From NCBI GenBank assembly GCA_965208675.1, contig OZ242351.1:4128001-4192000 (forward strand): a stretch of DNA of 64,000 nt. The letters are read 5' to 3'. A program made the position numbers and the translations under genes. The first letter of the stretch is position 1. Each line of letters opens with the position of its first letter. The stretch comes from Candidatus Poribacteria bacterium (GTDB lineage Bacteria; Poribacteria; WGA-4E; PCPOR2b). A model generated the notes under the pieces. It worked only from the letters and a program-made list of their open reading frames with translations, had not been told where the DNA came from and did not search any database. This document shows, in pieces, positions 20,400 through 30,265 of the stretch.

Positions 20400-23321
20400 C
20401 TATTGATTGACGAGATGACTCACATCAATGCTCCAACACGACTTTACCGAATCGACCTGCCTTAGTAGGATTGTTTCGCCGTCGGGAGACATAGAGAGTG
20501 GTCGAGCATTCATCGGAGCACGAGCCGAGAGTTCGGAGGATATCGCGCCATTTGACGATACGCGTTGCAACTTCCCATGCGGTCCGAATGCATGATACGT
20601 TGCCCCATCCGATGACCAGCTCGACGGAATATAATTCCTATGCAACTTCTTCGGTTGCCCGCCGTTAATTGATATAACCCACCAAGCCCCGTCGTTTGTT
20701 TTGTACGTGAGTTGTTTGCCATTGGGCGTCCAATGGATTTCCGATTCCCCTTCGTTGCGAGTGTTGGTAATTTGCCTTGACTCCCCACCGGTTGCGGGTA
20801 CAATGTGGATGTCGTCAGGCGGCGATTTTTTGTACGCCAGTATTGTACCATCGGGCGACCAAGCTGGTTCGCCGAACCGGCCTGAATCTGCCATTAGTAT
20901 CTTCACTTTACCGTCCGATACGGAAACGACGCAAAGTTGCGACTCCGGGCCACTTTGCATCTCAGTTCTTCTCGTTATCCCATTGATGAAAGCGATTGTT
21001 TGACCATCAGGCGACCAGCGTAGATGGGAGGGCCACGATTCGCCATGCGTCAACTGTCTGGGTGTTCCACCTGGCACTGGTATGATGTACAATTGGCGTT
21101 CAGTGTCGGGGTGTTTAACCATAATCACAAATGCGATTTGTTTTTCATCAGGAGAAAGGGTAGATTCGTCAAAATTTATTTCTTTGAAAAATTCAAGAAG
21201 TTGACTGCGAGTAAAACGGTTGGTTTCAATGTCTAAAATCCCGCATCTCGCACCACTGCCAGGCAAGTTCACGCTAGATGGGAAAAACAGACGATTCCCG
21301 CCAGAGAGCCACTGTACACCTATAAGTTGCGGATCTGTAAGCGGAAAAAGCGGAATACTCGTCGGAAAACGCGGAACGTGGTAAATGCTCGTATCAGTAT
21401 TGAGGTAGCGTCGTGCGCCACGTTTTGTCTGGACGTTAAAATAGGCAGCTTCACTGCGGTAGCATAGTGTACCGCTTTTTGTTTTGAGAGCAGCGTAGGT
21501 AACCTTTATGCGATCCTCTTGTAGAATGATGATTTTTCCGCCCGGTGTCCACCGCAAAAGTTTCGGTGCATATTGAAATTTCTCCGGTTCAATTAAAATT
21601 GGATCTCCTGCTAAGTCGCCATGTTCGTTGAAGTGGTCAACAGCAATGCCGGGAAACGAGAAACTGCCGTTCGTAACGGCAATGTTGTTGCGGGCAACCC
21701 ATTTTCCGTTGGGTGAATAAACGAACTCGTCTTGTATGGCAACAACGTTTATCGGTGTTGTCCCACCGCCATCAACAGGTTGTTTCCAGACAGGCTTGCC
21801 GAGATATGTTTCCCGAGATGAAGGGCGTTGCGATAAATAGAAAATCCAGTTTCCATCAGGCGACCACGATGGCGAGGTATTCCCTTTTCCGTCCGTTGTA
21901 AATGGGCGTACTACTCCGGTGTCTAGCGACACGATGCTAATATCCGTATTCTCTCCTGTCCATTTGACAAACGCAATCTCTTTGCTATCAGGTGACCAAC
22001 TGAGTCCACGCGAGTGCTTTTGAGAGTCGGTCCGGGCGAGGAAGCGCATTCTGCCGCCTGCCGCAGGAATAAGATATAAATCAATGTCACTTCCATAACC
22101 TTCCGCCCTCGGATATTGATGTTCCTGACGATAAAAGGCGACCCACTTCCCGTTAGGCGACCACTTAGGTTGAAAATATTGTGTTGTTGCACCCTCTCCT
22201 TGCACTAGAACTGTTTTTTTAGGCGAGACATCGCTTGATGCGTCTACTAAAGGCGACACAATAAGTTGGAACTCATACCCTAAGGATGTAACTCCTCTGC
22301 CGAGGTAAACCATCTTCGTGCCATCGGGCGAAATGTCCATATCCCAAGAAGCATCATTTGGGAGATATATGCCCGTTGTCGTTATTTCCTCATTAGGATT
22401 GTCCATTTCCTCAGACTGGTTGATGGCTGTGGCTGCCTTTAACGGCTCCGGTCTCCGCCCAAAATCGCCATCTTCCCCTTCAGCGCCGAGTATCGCAACC
22501 CGAGTCGCTTCTGCATCTACGGGGAGGTCGCCATCCTCGACAACCTGTGTATTCAGAGGCAGAGAGCCGCCGAGCCATTCGCCCAACGAATAAAGCGGGC
22601 TGTGCGGAAGGCTCAAACTCAAGAGTAGGAGAATTACGCCGCCTGCTGCGGACAGTCCCAAAGGCAGAGCGGTCTTGTGGGGCGCGGTTTGAATCTTTGC
22701 GTTACTGATTAACTCTACCACATGGGCGGTGAATCCCGGCTGTAATTTTCTTTCGGCAAAAGCAGTGCGTATCATTGGAATCATCTCCTCACTTAAGGCA
22801 GTTTTCAATTTTGCTCTGGCTCGCACGAGTCGCTGATCGATGGTATTGGGAGACACCCGTAACGTCTGTGCAATCTCCTTGCTTTTCATGCCAGCCATGT
22901 AACGGAGCATTAACACTTGACGGTGCATCTCAGGGAGAGAAGCCAATGCCTCATGGAGTTGTTCGTCTCTCAATTTTTCCAAATGTGCTTCCATGTCTGG
23001 TCGCTGTGAGACACTCTCATCTTGGTCGGCAAGGTGTGCCGTGTCAACCTTTCTTTTTTGGGCATAGTGAAAATCCTTACATCGGTTTGAAGCAATCGAA
23101 TAGAGCCACGGATAAAAATTGTCCCATCGCCGCAGGGTTGATAGCTTCTTATAGGCGCTGAGAAAGACATCCTGAGTGATATCCTCTGCGTCTTGAAACT
23201 GGCCAACCTTTGCATACACGAGCGCGAAGATGCGCTCCTTGTATTTGTCAACCAACAGGGCAAATGCCTCCGTGTTGCCCGAAAGACATTGATGAACGAT
23301 ATTGCCATCTCCGGTGTGCAT
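20400..23321 (-). CDS. ECF sigma / TM / PD40 propeller fusion (copy 2)
   Basis: Same architecture; sigma4-TM segment almost identical to copy 1; C-terminal CWSIDVSHLVNQ. Confidence 0.9.
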   Translation of the reverse strand: MHTGDGNIVHQCLSGNTEAFALLVDKYKERIFALVYAKVGQFQDAEDITQDVFLSAYKKLSTLRRWDNFYPWLYSIASNRCKDFHYAQKRKVDTAHLADQDESVSQRPDMEAHLEKLRDEQLHEALASLPEMHRQVLMLRYMAGMKSKEIAQTLRVSPNTIDQRLVRARAKLKTALSEEMIPMIRTAFAERKLQPGFTAHVVELISNAKIQTAPHKTALPLGLSAAGGVILLLLSLSLPHSPLYSLGEWLGGSLPLNTQVVEDGDLPVDAEATRVAILGAEGEDGDFGRRPEPLKAATAINQSEEMDNPNEEITTTGIYLPNDASWDMDISPDGTKMVYLGRGVTSLGYEFQLIVSPLVDASSDVSPKKTVLVQGEGATTQYFQPKWSPNGKWVAFYRQEHQYPRAEGYGSDIDLYLIPAAGGRMRFLARTDSQKHSRGLSWSPDSKEIAFVKWTGENTDISIVSLDTGVVRPFTTDGKGNTSPSWSPDGNWIFYLSQRPSSRETYLGKPVWKQPVDGGGTTPINVVAIQDEFVYSPNGKWVARNNIAVTNGSFSFPGIAVDHFNEHGDLAGDPILIEPEKFQYAPKLLRWTPGGKIIILQEDRIKVTYAALKTKSGTLCYRSEAAYFNVQTKRGARRYLNTDTSIYHVPRFPTSIPLFPLTDPQLIGVQWLSGGNRLFFPSSVNLPGSGARCGILDIETNRFTRSQLLEFFKEINFDESTLSPDEKQIAFVIMVKHPDTERQLYIIPVPGGTPRQLTHGESWPSHLRWSPDGQTIAFINGITRRTEMQSGPESQLCVVSVSDGKVKILMADSGRFGEPAWSPDGTILAYKKSPPDDIHIVPATGGESRQITNTRNEGESEIHWTPNGKQLTYKTNDGAWWVISINGGQPKKLHRNYIPSSWSSDGATYHAFGPHGKLQRVSSNGAISSELSARAPMNARPLSMSPDGETILLRQVDSVKSCWSIDVSHLVNQ

Positions 23322-23359
23322 CGGTGTTCCCTCGTATGAGATTGGTGTTACTATCTATA

Positions 23360-23405
23360 TAGAAGCCGCTTAACCCCGAATTCTGACATCGGGTTGATTT
23401 TTTTG
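23360..23405 (-). promoter_or_regulatory. Putative ECF promoter of copy 2
   Basis: A-tract, then TGTCAG-N16-GCTTCTA. Confidence 0.65.
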
Positions 23406-23596
23406 AGGAGAAACGTCGCAACCGCTACAGAAGAATTGAAGGGTTTCCTGTGAATATTGTACTCTGACTGAATCAGGATTTACAGGGTTAAAGGATTTTC
23501 AGAATATTATGCCTTCTCACACGGGAATCAATTGTGCAACAATGAAAACATTAGGGGTAAGCATGTGAGAATGCGCATTCAGTCATTAACCCATAC

Positions 23597-23646
23597 AGAA
23601 AAGAAAAAGGCGTCCATCTGCCGTAAATCTGGGGCAAATGGACGCC
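23597..23646 (-). terminator. Intrinsic terminator after copy 3
   Basis: Same GGCGTCC...GGACGCC hairpin plus T-tract. Confidence 0.8.
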
Positions 23647-23699
23647 GTTATTGAACTCCCAAAATACGGGCGTGGCAGTTGTGTACTTTGAGAGTCTCG

Positions 23700-26539
23700 C
23701 TACTGACTGACTAGATGACTCACATCAATGCTCCAGCACTGTGTTCCTGAATCAATCAGCCGATACAGAATGGTTTCACCGTCGGGCGACATTGAAAGCG
23801 GACGTGCGTCCGCCGGAACGCGAAACGGCAATTCGTCAATTGTCGTGCCGTCGAGAGTTACGCGCTGCAGTTCGCCGTTTCGTCCAATGGCGAGATAAGA
23901 CCTTCCATCCGATGACCAACTAGATGGGATATAATTTCTTCGCATTGGCTTCGGTTTCCCACCGTCGATTGACATGCCCCACGCTTGTCCGCCTATCTCG
24001 AACGTCAACCGCTTTCCATCGGGAGTCCACGAGAGTCTCCCGAAGGGTGTCCAAGACAGCAATATTTCCCCTTCGGGTGGACTATTGGGTGGAGCGGCTA
24101 TTCGCTTGGATTTTCCGCCCGTTGCCTGAACAAGATAGATGTCGACCTCTGTCTCATCGAAATCCAAATCTAAGACCTTTCCCTTACCCTTCAAGCGGAG
24201 ATACGCGAGCATTGTTCCATCGGGCGACCAAGCTGCTCCCATGCACCGTTCGGTATCTATGAATGTTTTCACCTGACCATCTGATACAGAAGCGACGCAG
24301 AGTTTTGACTTGAAACCTACTGAGGCAGCGAATTTCGCGTTGATGAACGCGATTTTTTGACCGTCGGGCGACCAGCGCGGATTCATACCATAAAACTCAG
24401 TTTGTGTCACCTTTTTGGATGTCCCGCCACCCACCGGCATGATGTGAAGATGCGCACTTACGTCAGGGGATATTCCCGCTAGTGCCGGATCCGTCTCCTT
24501 GGGTTGCAAGTGCACGTATGCCGCCCATTTTTCATCGGGCGAAAGGCTAGATAAACCGAAGAACGTCTCATCTGGAAGTTCTATGGGTAGCTCCGTAAAC
24601 TGACCCGTTTCGATGTCGAAAAATCCGGGGCGTCGGTTTCTGTCAGACACAAATAACAGACGATTCCCGTCGGATAACCACTGTGCATTTTTAAACCCAA
24701 ACTTCGAATCTGAATTCACGTGGCGTTTTTCACCGCCTTTTATGCGGAAGGCATAGGTCTTCTCAATATAATCCTCTTGCAGGACGATGATTTTCCCATT
24801 CGGTGTCCAGCGCAACGGTTTTGCCCCCACCTGGAGTCTCGCCGCTTTGAGTAGAATTGGCTTCCCTACCAGCTCGCCATGTTCACTGACGCGCGCTGCT
24901 ATGAAACCGCTCTGTCCATCGGGTAGGTATTTTGTATAGGCAATCCACTTTCCATCAGGTGAATGAATTGGAGGGCTAAGACCAACACGCTCGTTTACTA
25001 CTGCTTTTCCTCCAGCAACAGGCTGTCTCCACACGCGGCGGCTATCAATCCAGAGCCCTCGTTTTGATGAATAGAAGATCCATTCTCCATCAGGCGACCA
25101 AGATGGGTTAGTGTTCTCTTTCCCATCCGTTGTGAAAGGACGTGCTGCTCCGCTGTTGAGCGCGACTATCCAAATATCCGTTTTTTTCCCTTTCATCTTG
25201 ACATACGCGAGTTCCTTGCTGTCAGGGGACCAACTTAGTCTGTCATATTTTTCGGAATCGGTATGTGCAAGGAAGCGCATCTTACCTCCCGAAGCAGGAA
25301 TCAGACACACATCATAATGTCCGTAGTCTTTAAGGCCGTATTCGAGACGATAAAAGGCGATTAACTTTCCATTAGGTGACCATTTAGGTTGTACAGGCTG
25401 TACGCTCTCCGAACCATCTACATAGATAATTTTCCGCTCTACCGGTGTATTGGAGTCTAATTCGGTTAGTGGATAAACTGCAATCGACGGCTGTCGTAGA
25501 GCATGCTCCGCCGGAAACGGCACATAGGCGAATTGTGTGCCGTCAGGCGAAATATCAATGTCCCAGCCAAGATCCAAATCATCGGGTACGTGTATGGCGG
25601 TTACCGTTATTTCCTCATTGGGCTGGTCAGTTTCAGCCGACCGTACAATGGCGCTGGGCATCTTATGTGATTTCGGTCTCCGTCCAAAATCGCCATCTTC
25701 CCCTTCAGCACCGAGTATAGCGACCCGAGTCGCTTGCGCATTTACGGGGAGGTCGCCATCTTCGACAACATGTGTTTTTAGAGGCAGAGAGCCGCCCAAC
25801 CATTCGCCAAACGGATAAAGCGGGCTGTGCGGAAGGCTCACACTTAAGAGTAGGAGGATTATTCCACCTACAGCGGATAACCCCAAAGGCAGCGCGGTCT
25901 TGTGGGGCGCCGTTTGAATTTTGGTGTCGCTGATAAACTCTACCACGCGGGCGGTAAATCCCGGCTGTAATCTTCTTTCGGCAAAAGCAGTGCGTATCAT
26001 TGGAATCATCTCCTCGCTTAGGACAGTTTTCAATTTTGCTCTGGCTCGCACGAGCCGCTGATCGATGGTGTTTGGAGACACCCGCAATGATTCGGCGATC
26101 TCTTTACTTTTCATGCCAGCCATATAGCGGAGCATTAACACTTGACGGTGCATCTCAGGGAGAGAAGCCAATGCCTCATGAAGTTGTTCGACTCTCACCG
26201 CTTCCGAATCTGCATCAACAGCCGCTTGGTGATTGAGATTCCGAGCGAGAACGTTCATGGTTTCAACCTGCTCCTTTTGGGCGCGGTAAAAATTCTTGCA
26301 CCTGTTGGCGGCAATCGAATAGAGCCACGGATAGAAATTGTCCCATCGCCGCAGTGTCGACAGTTTCTTATAGGCGTTGAGGAAGATATCTTGTGTTAAG
26401 TCCTCAGCGTCTTGAAATTGCCCGACCTTCGCGTACACGAGTGCAAAGATACGCTCCTTGTATTTGTCAACCAACAGGGCGAATGCCTCCGTGTTGCCCG
26501 AAAGACATTGATGAACGATATACCGTCTCTGGTGTGCAT
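23700..26539 (-). pseudogene. ECF sigma / TM / PD40 propeller fusion (copy 3) with a 1-bp deletion at codon 7
   Basis: ATG at 26539 reads ATG CAC ACC AGA GAC GGT -AT ATC GTT CAT, versus GGT CAT ATC GTT CAT in copy 1. The rest is open from 26474 to 23700. Confidence 0.8.
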
Positions 26540-26579
26540 AAGCGTTCTCTCGTCATGAGATGACTGTTACTTCCCTATA

Positions 26580-26624
26580 TAGAAACCGCTTACCCCGAAT
26601 TCTGACATCGGGTTGATTTTTTTT
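26580..26624 (-). promoter_or_regulatory. Putative ECF promoter of copy 3
   Basis: A-tract, then TGTCAG-N15-GTTTCTA. Confidence 0.6.
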
Positions 26625-26765
26625 GAGGAGAATGGTCACAATCGCTACAGTGAAACAGATTGTGTTCCTGTGAATATTGTAGCCCGCCTGAATCAGGATT
26701 GACAGGAATTTTGTGGTTTGTAGGATATGGGAATGCACATGCGGTGGAGGTTCCCGCGTGCGTAT

Positions 26766-26815
26766 AGAAAAGAAAAAGGCGTCCATCTACCGTAAATCTG
26801 GGGCAAATGGACGCC
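26766..26815 (-). terminator. Intrinsic terminator after copy 4
   Basis: Same hairpin plus T-tract. Confidence 0.8.
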
Positions 26816-26868
26816 GTTATTGAATGCCCAAAATCTGGGCGCGTCTGTTGTGTACTTTGAGAGGCCGG

Positions 26869-29673
26869 TTATTGATTGACGAGATGACTCACATCAATGC
26901 TCCAGCACTGTGTTCCTAAATCAGTCCGCCGAAACAGAATCGTGTCGCCGTCGGGCGACATTGAGAGTGGGCGAGCATCCGTCGGAACACGAAACGGGAA
27001 TTCGTCGATTGTCGTGCCGTCGAGAGATACTCGCAGCAATTCGCCGTTTCGTCCAATGGCGAGATAAGACATGCCGTCTGATGACCAACTCGACGGGATA
27101 TAGCCTCTTGGCAACTTCTTTGCTTCTCCGCCATTGATTGATGCAACCCATACCTCTTCTAGATTCACCGCTCCTTGAATCATCAAATTGAAGATTAGCT
27201 GCTTTCCATCGGGTGTCCAAGAAATGTTGATTTCCTTTCCAGGAGTGTTGGTTATCTGCTTGGCGTCTCCGCCCGCTGCCGGTACAACGTAGATATCACC
27301 TTCCATGTCTCCTTTTAAGTTGAGATAGGCGATTGTGATTCCATCCGGAGACCACGCAGGGCTCATGCACCGTTCCGAATCTGTGAGTTTTTTCATTTGA
27401 CCGTCGGACGCGGATACGACGCAGAGCTGCGACTTGTAACTCTCTGGCGAGCCAATCATCGCGTTGGTGAATGCGATGTTTTGGCCGTCCGGCGACCAGC
27501 GAAGTTCGTTCGCATAAAGCAGGCCGCTGGTCAATTGACGGATTTTTCCACCACTAATTGGTGCAATGTGGATATGAATGTTTCCTTTGGGCAAGCCGCT
27601 GGTTTGCTCTACATTTTTGAGATCGAACAGTGTGAACGCAACTTCCCTCTCGTTCGGCGATAGGGTAAGGGCACGTAGCAACATCCCCTTCGGAAGTTCA
27701 ATGGGGAGTTCGGTATATTGACTTGTTTCGATGTCGAAGAGTCCGGGGCGTATGTCTAGATCTTTTAAAGACGCCAGTAACAGACGTTTACCGTCGGATA
27801 GCCACTGTGCGCCTCCTTCAAACAATAGCGCCGGATTGGAACTCGTGCGGCGTTGTTCCCCGTTTTTTACGTTGAGGGCATAGGTCATCTCTCTGCGATC
27901 TTCTTGCACCACGATTATTTTTGCGTCCTGTCCCCACCGCAACGGTTTCGCGCTCGCCCCGAGTCCCATCGCTTTGAGCAGCATCGGTTCGCCCGACAAC
28001 TCACCCTGTTCGTTGACGCGACGTGTCAAAAAACCGAATTTAGCCTCGGGCAGATAGACGCCCGTGTAGACAACCCACTTGCCATCTGGTGAATAGATAG
28101 GAGACTGAACGATGGTGACATAATCATTTTCTATTACCGTCGCTTTACCGCCCTGAACCGGCTGTTTCCGCACGCGGTGGCTATCGTCCGAGGTGGATCG
28201 TCGCGATAAATAAGAAATCCACTTACCGTCCGGCGACCAGGATGGTTGAATATTCTCCTTTCCATCTGTTGTGAAGGGGCGAACCTCTTGGGTGTCGAGC
28301 GATACAATCCAAATGTCTGCTATCCTCTCCTTCCAGTTAATCCACTTGACAAACGCAAGATTCAAACTGTCAGGTGACCAACTCAATCCGCCAGACTGTT
28401 CAGAATTGGATTGCGGAAGCACGCGCATCTCGTCCCCTGACGCAGGAATAATGCAAACTTCATAGTGCTCACTATCTTCTTGATTGAGTTCGCTACGATA
28501 AAAAGCAATCCATCCTCCATCAGGCGACCATCGAGGTCGCGCTAACCGTACGTTGTTTGAACCATCGAGAAAGATGTCTTTCCGTTCTGCCGGTGCACTG
28601 GGGGCTAATCCTGTAAAAGGATAGAGTGCGAGAACCGGCTTCCATTGAGGCACATAGACAAATTGTGCACCATCGGGGGAGATGTCAATATCCCAAAGGT
28701 TAGAGCCCAAGTCATCGGGCATGGATATGGCGGATACCGTTATTTTCTCATTGGGGTTATCCATTTCATCTGGCTGCCCCACGGCCGCCTGCGTCTTGAG
28801 CGGCTCCGGTTTCTGCCCAAAATCGCCGTCTTTCCCTTCAGCACCGAGTATGGCTACCCGAGTCGCTTCTACATCTACGGGGAGCTCTCCGTCTTCGACA
28901 ACCTGTGTATTCAGCGGCAGAGAGCCGCCGAGCCATTCGCCCAACGGATAAAGCGGGCTGTGCGGCAGGCTCAAACTCAAGAGCAAGAGAATTACCCCAC
29001 CTACTGCGGACAGCCCCAAAGGCAACGCAGTCTTGTGGGGCGCGGTTTGAATCTTTGCGTCGCTGATTAATTCGACCACACGGGCGGTAAATCCCGGCTG
29101 TAATCTTCTTTCGGCAAAAGCAGTGCGTATCATTGGAATCATCTCCTCACTTAAGGCAGTTTTCAATTTTGCTCTGGCTCGCATGAGCCGCTGGTTTATA
29201 GCATTCGGAGACACCCGCAACGTTTCTGCAATCTCCTTGCTTTTCATGCCTGCCATGTAACGGAGCACTAACACTTGACGGTACATCTCTGGGAGGGAAG
29301 CCAATGCGTCGTGGACTCGTTCATTTCTCAGTTTTTCCGAGTGCGCATCCATGTCTGCCTGGTGATTCTCATCCGAGTCAGCAAGATACGCAGCGCCAAC
29401 TAGTCCTTTCTGATCTCGGTGAAAATTCCTGCATCGGTTTACGGCAATCGAATAGAGCCACGGATAGAAATTGTCCCATCGACGCAGGGTTGATAACTTC
29501 TTGTACGCTTTGAGAAAGACATCTTGGGTTAAGTCCTCTGCGTCCTGAAACTGCCCAACCTTTGCGTACACGAGCGCGAAAATGCGCTCTTTATATTTAT
29601 CAACCAACAGGGCAAATGCCTCCGTGTTACCCGAAAGACATTGATGAACGATTTGACCATCTGTGGTGTACAT
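26869..29673 (-). CDS. ECF sigma / TM / PD40 propeller fusion (copy 4)
   Basis: Same architecture; sigma4.2 SPNAINQRLMRAR. Confidence 0.9.
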   Translation of the reverse strand: MYTTDGQIVHQCLSGNTEAFALLVDKYKERIFALVYAKVGQFQDAEDLTQDVFLKAYKKLSTLRRWDNFYPWLYSIAVNRCRNFHRDQKGLVGAAYLADSDENHQADMDAHSEKLRNERVHDALASLPEMYRQVLVLRYMAGMKSKEIAETLRVSPNAINQRLMRARAKLKTALSEEMIPMIRTAFAERRLQPGFTARVVELISDAKIQTAPHKTALPLGLSAVGGVILLLLSLSLPHSPLYPLGEWLGGSLPLNTQVVEDGELPVDVEATRVAILGAEGKDGDFGQKPEPLKTQAAVGQPDEMDNPNEKITVSAISMPDDLGSNLWDIDISPDGAQFVYVPQWKPVLALYPFTGLAPSAPAERKDIFLDGSNNVRLARPRWSPDGGWIAFYRSELNQEDSEHYEVCIIPASGDEMRVLPQSNSEQSGGLSWSPDSLNLAFVKWINWKERIADIWIVSLDTQEVRPFTTDGKENIQPSWSPDGKWISYLSRRSTSDDSHRVRKQPVQGGKATVIENDYVTIVQSPIYSPDGKWVVYTGVYLPEAKFGFLTRRVNEQGELSGEPMLLKAMGLGASAKPLRWGQDAKIIVVQEDRREMTYALNVKNGEQRRTSSNPALLFEGGAQWLSDGKRLLLASLKDLDIRPGLFDIETSQYTELPIELPKGMLLRALTLSPNEREVAFTLFDLKNVEQTSGLPKGNIHIHIAPISGGKIRQLTSGLLYANELRWSPDGQNIAFTNAMIGSPESYKSQLCVVSASDGQMKKLTDSERCMSPAWSPDGITIAYLNLKGDMEGDIYVVPAAGGDAKQITNTPGKEINISWTPDGKQLIFNLMIQGAVNLEEVWVASINGGEAKKLPRGYIPSSWSSDGMSYLAIGRNGELLRVSLDGTTIDEFPFRVPTDARPLSMSPDGDTILFRRTDLGTQCWSIDVSHLVNQ

Positions 29674-29711
29674 GGGCGTCCTCTCGCAAAAGATGGTTGT
29701 TTTTATCTATA

Positions 29712-29757
29712 TAGAAACTGCCCACCCCCGAATTATTACACTTGGGGAATTTTTTTT
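29712..29757 (-). promoter_or_regulatory. Putative ECF promoter of copy 4
   Basis: A-tract, then TGTAAT-N16-GTTTCTA. Confidence 0.65.
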
Positions 29758-29917
29758 ATGAGAATAGCTGCAACTACTTAAGCAGTATTGAAGGTTTACC
29801 TGTGAATATTGTACTCTGTCTGAACCAGGATTTACAGGATTTTAGGACTTGCAGGATGTTGCATCGGCTCGCAGGCAATTGAAAATGCCACTAGTGAATA
29901 TATTGAGGGACAGAGAG

Positions 29918-30163
29918 TATAGTCGTTTTAGTTCAGATTTACACAAGGAGGAATGGACTATTTGAAAATCGAGGCTAGGAAGCCTCTCCTACACACCAAT
30001 GAATAAATGTATAATTCATGACTTGCGCAAATTGAAAAGAAAAGATGTGTTTTTTTGCTGAAAAAGTCGATATTGCGGTGTTTTTAACCCCCTAAATCCC
30101 CCTTATCAGGGGGACTTAAAGAGGAAGTGCGTAAGTCTTACAATTTTTAGTCCCATGGCTGTA
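29918..30163. mobile_element. MITE-like repeat (copy 2 of the 8080 family) with a second element nested at ~30018-30140
   Basis: Outer part matches 8080-8197. The inner part has ends atgacttgcgca / tgcgtaagtctta, like the 4331 element, and a cccccttatcaggggg hairpin. Confidence 0.6.
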
Positions 30164-30212
30164 GAAAAGAAAAAGGCGTCCATCTGCCGTGAAACTGGGG
30201 CAAATAGACGCC
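30163..30212 (-). terminator. Intrinsic terminator after copy 5
   Basis: Same hairpin plus T-tract. Confidence 0.8.
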
Positions 30213-30265
30213 GTTATTGAATGCCCAAAATGTGGGCGGGTTTGAAGTGAACTTTGAGTGACGAG

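Noticed and set aside
17150-30265. Recurring intergenic hairpins as a CRISPR array, or as DGR IMH/hairpin elements
   Set aside because: Copies are ~3 kb apart and followed by T-tracts, so they read as terminators. No cas or reverse transcriptase gene and no adenine-only TR/VR mismatch pattern was seen.
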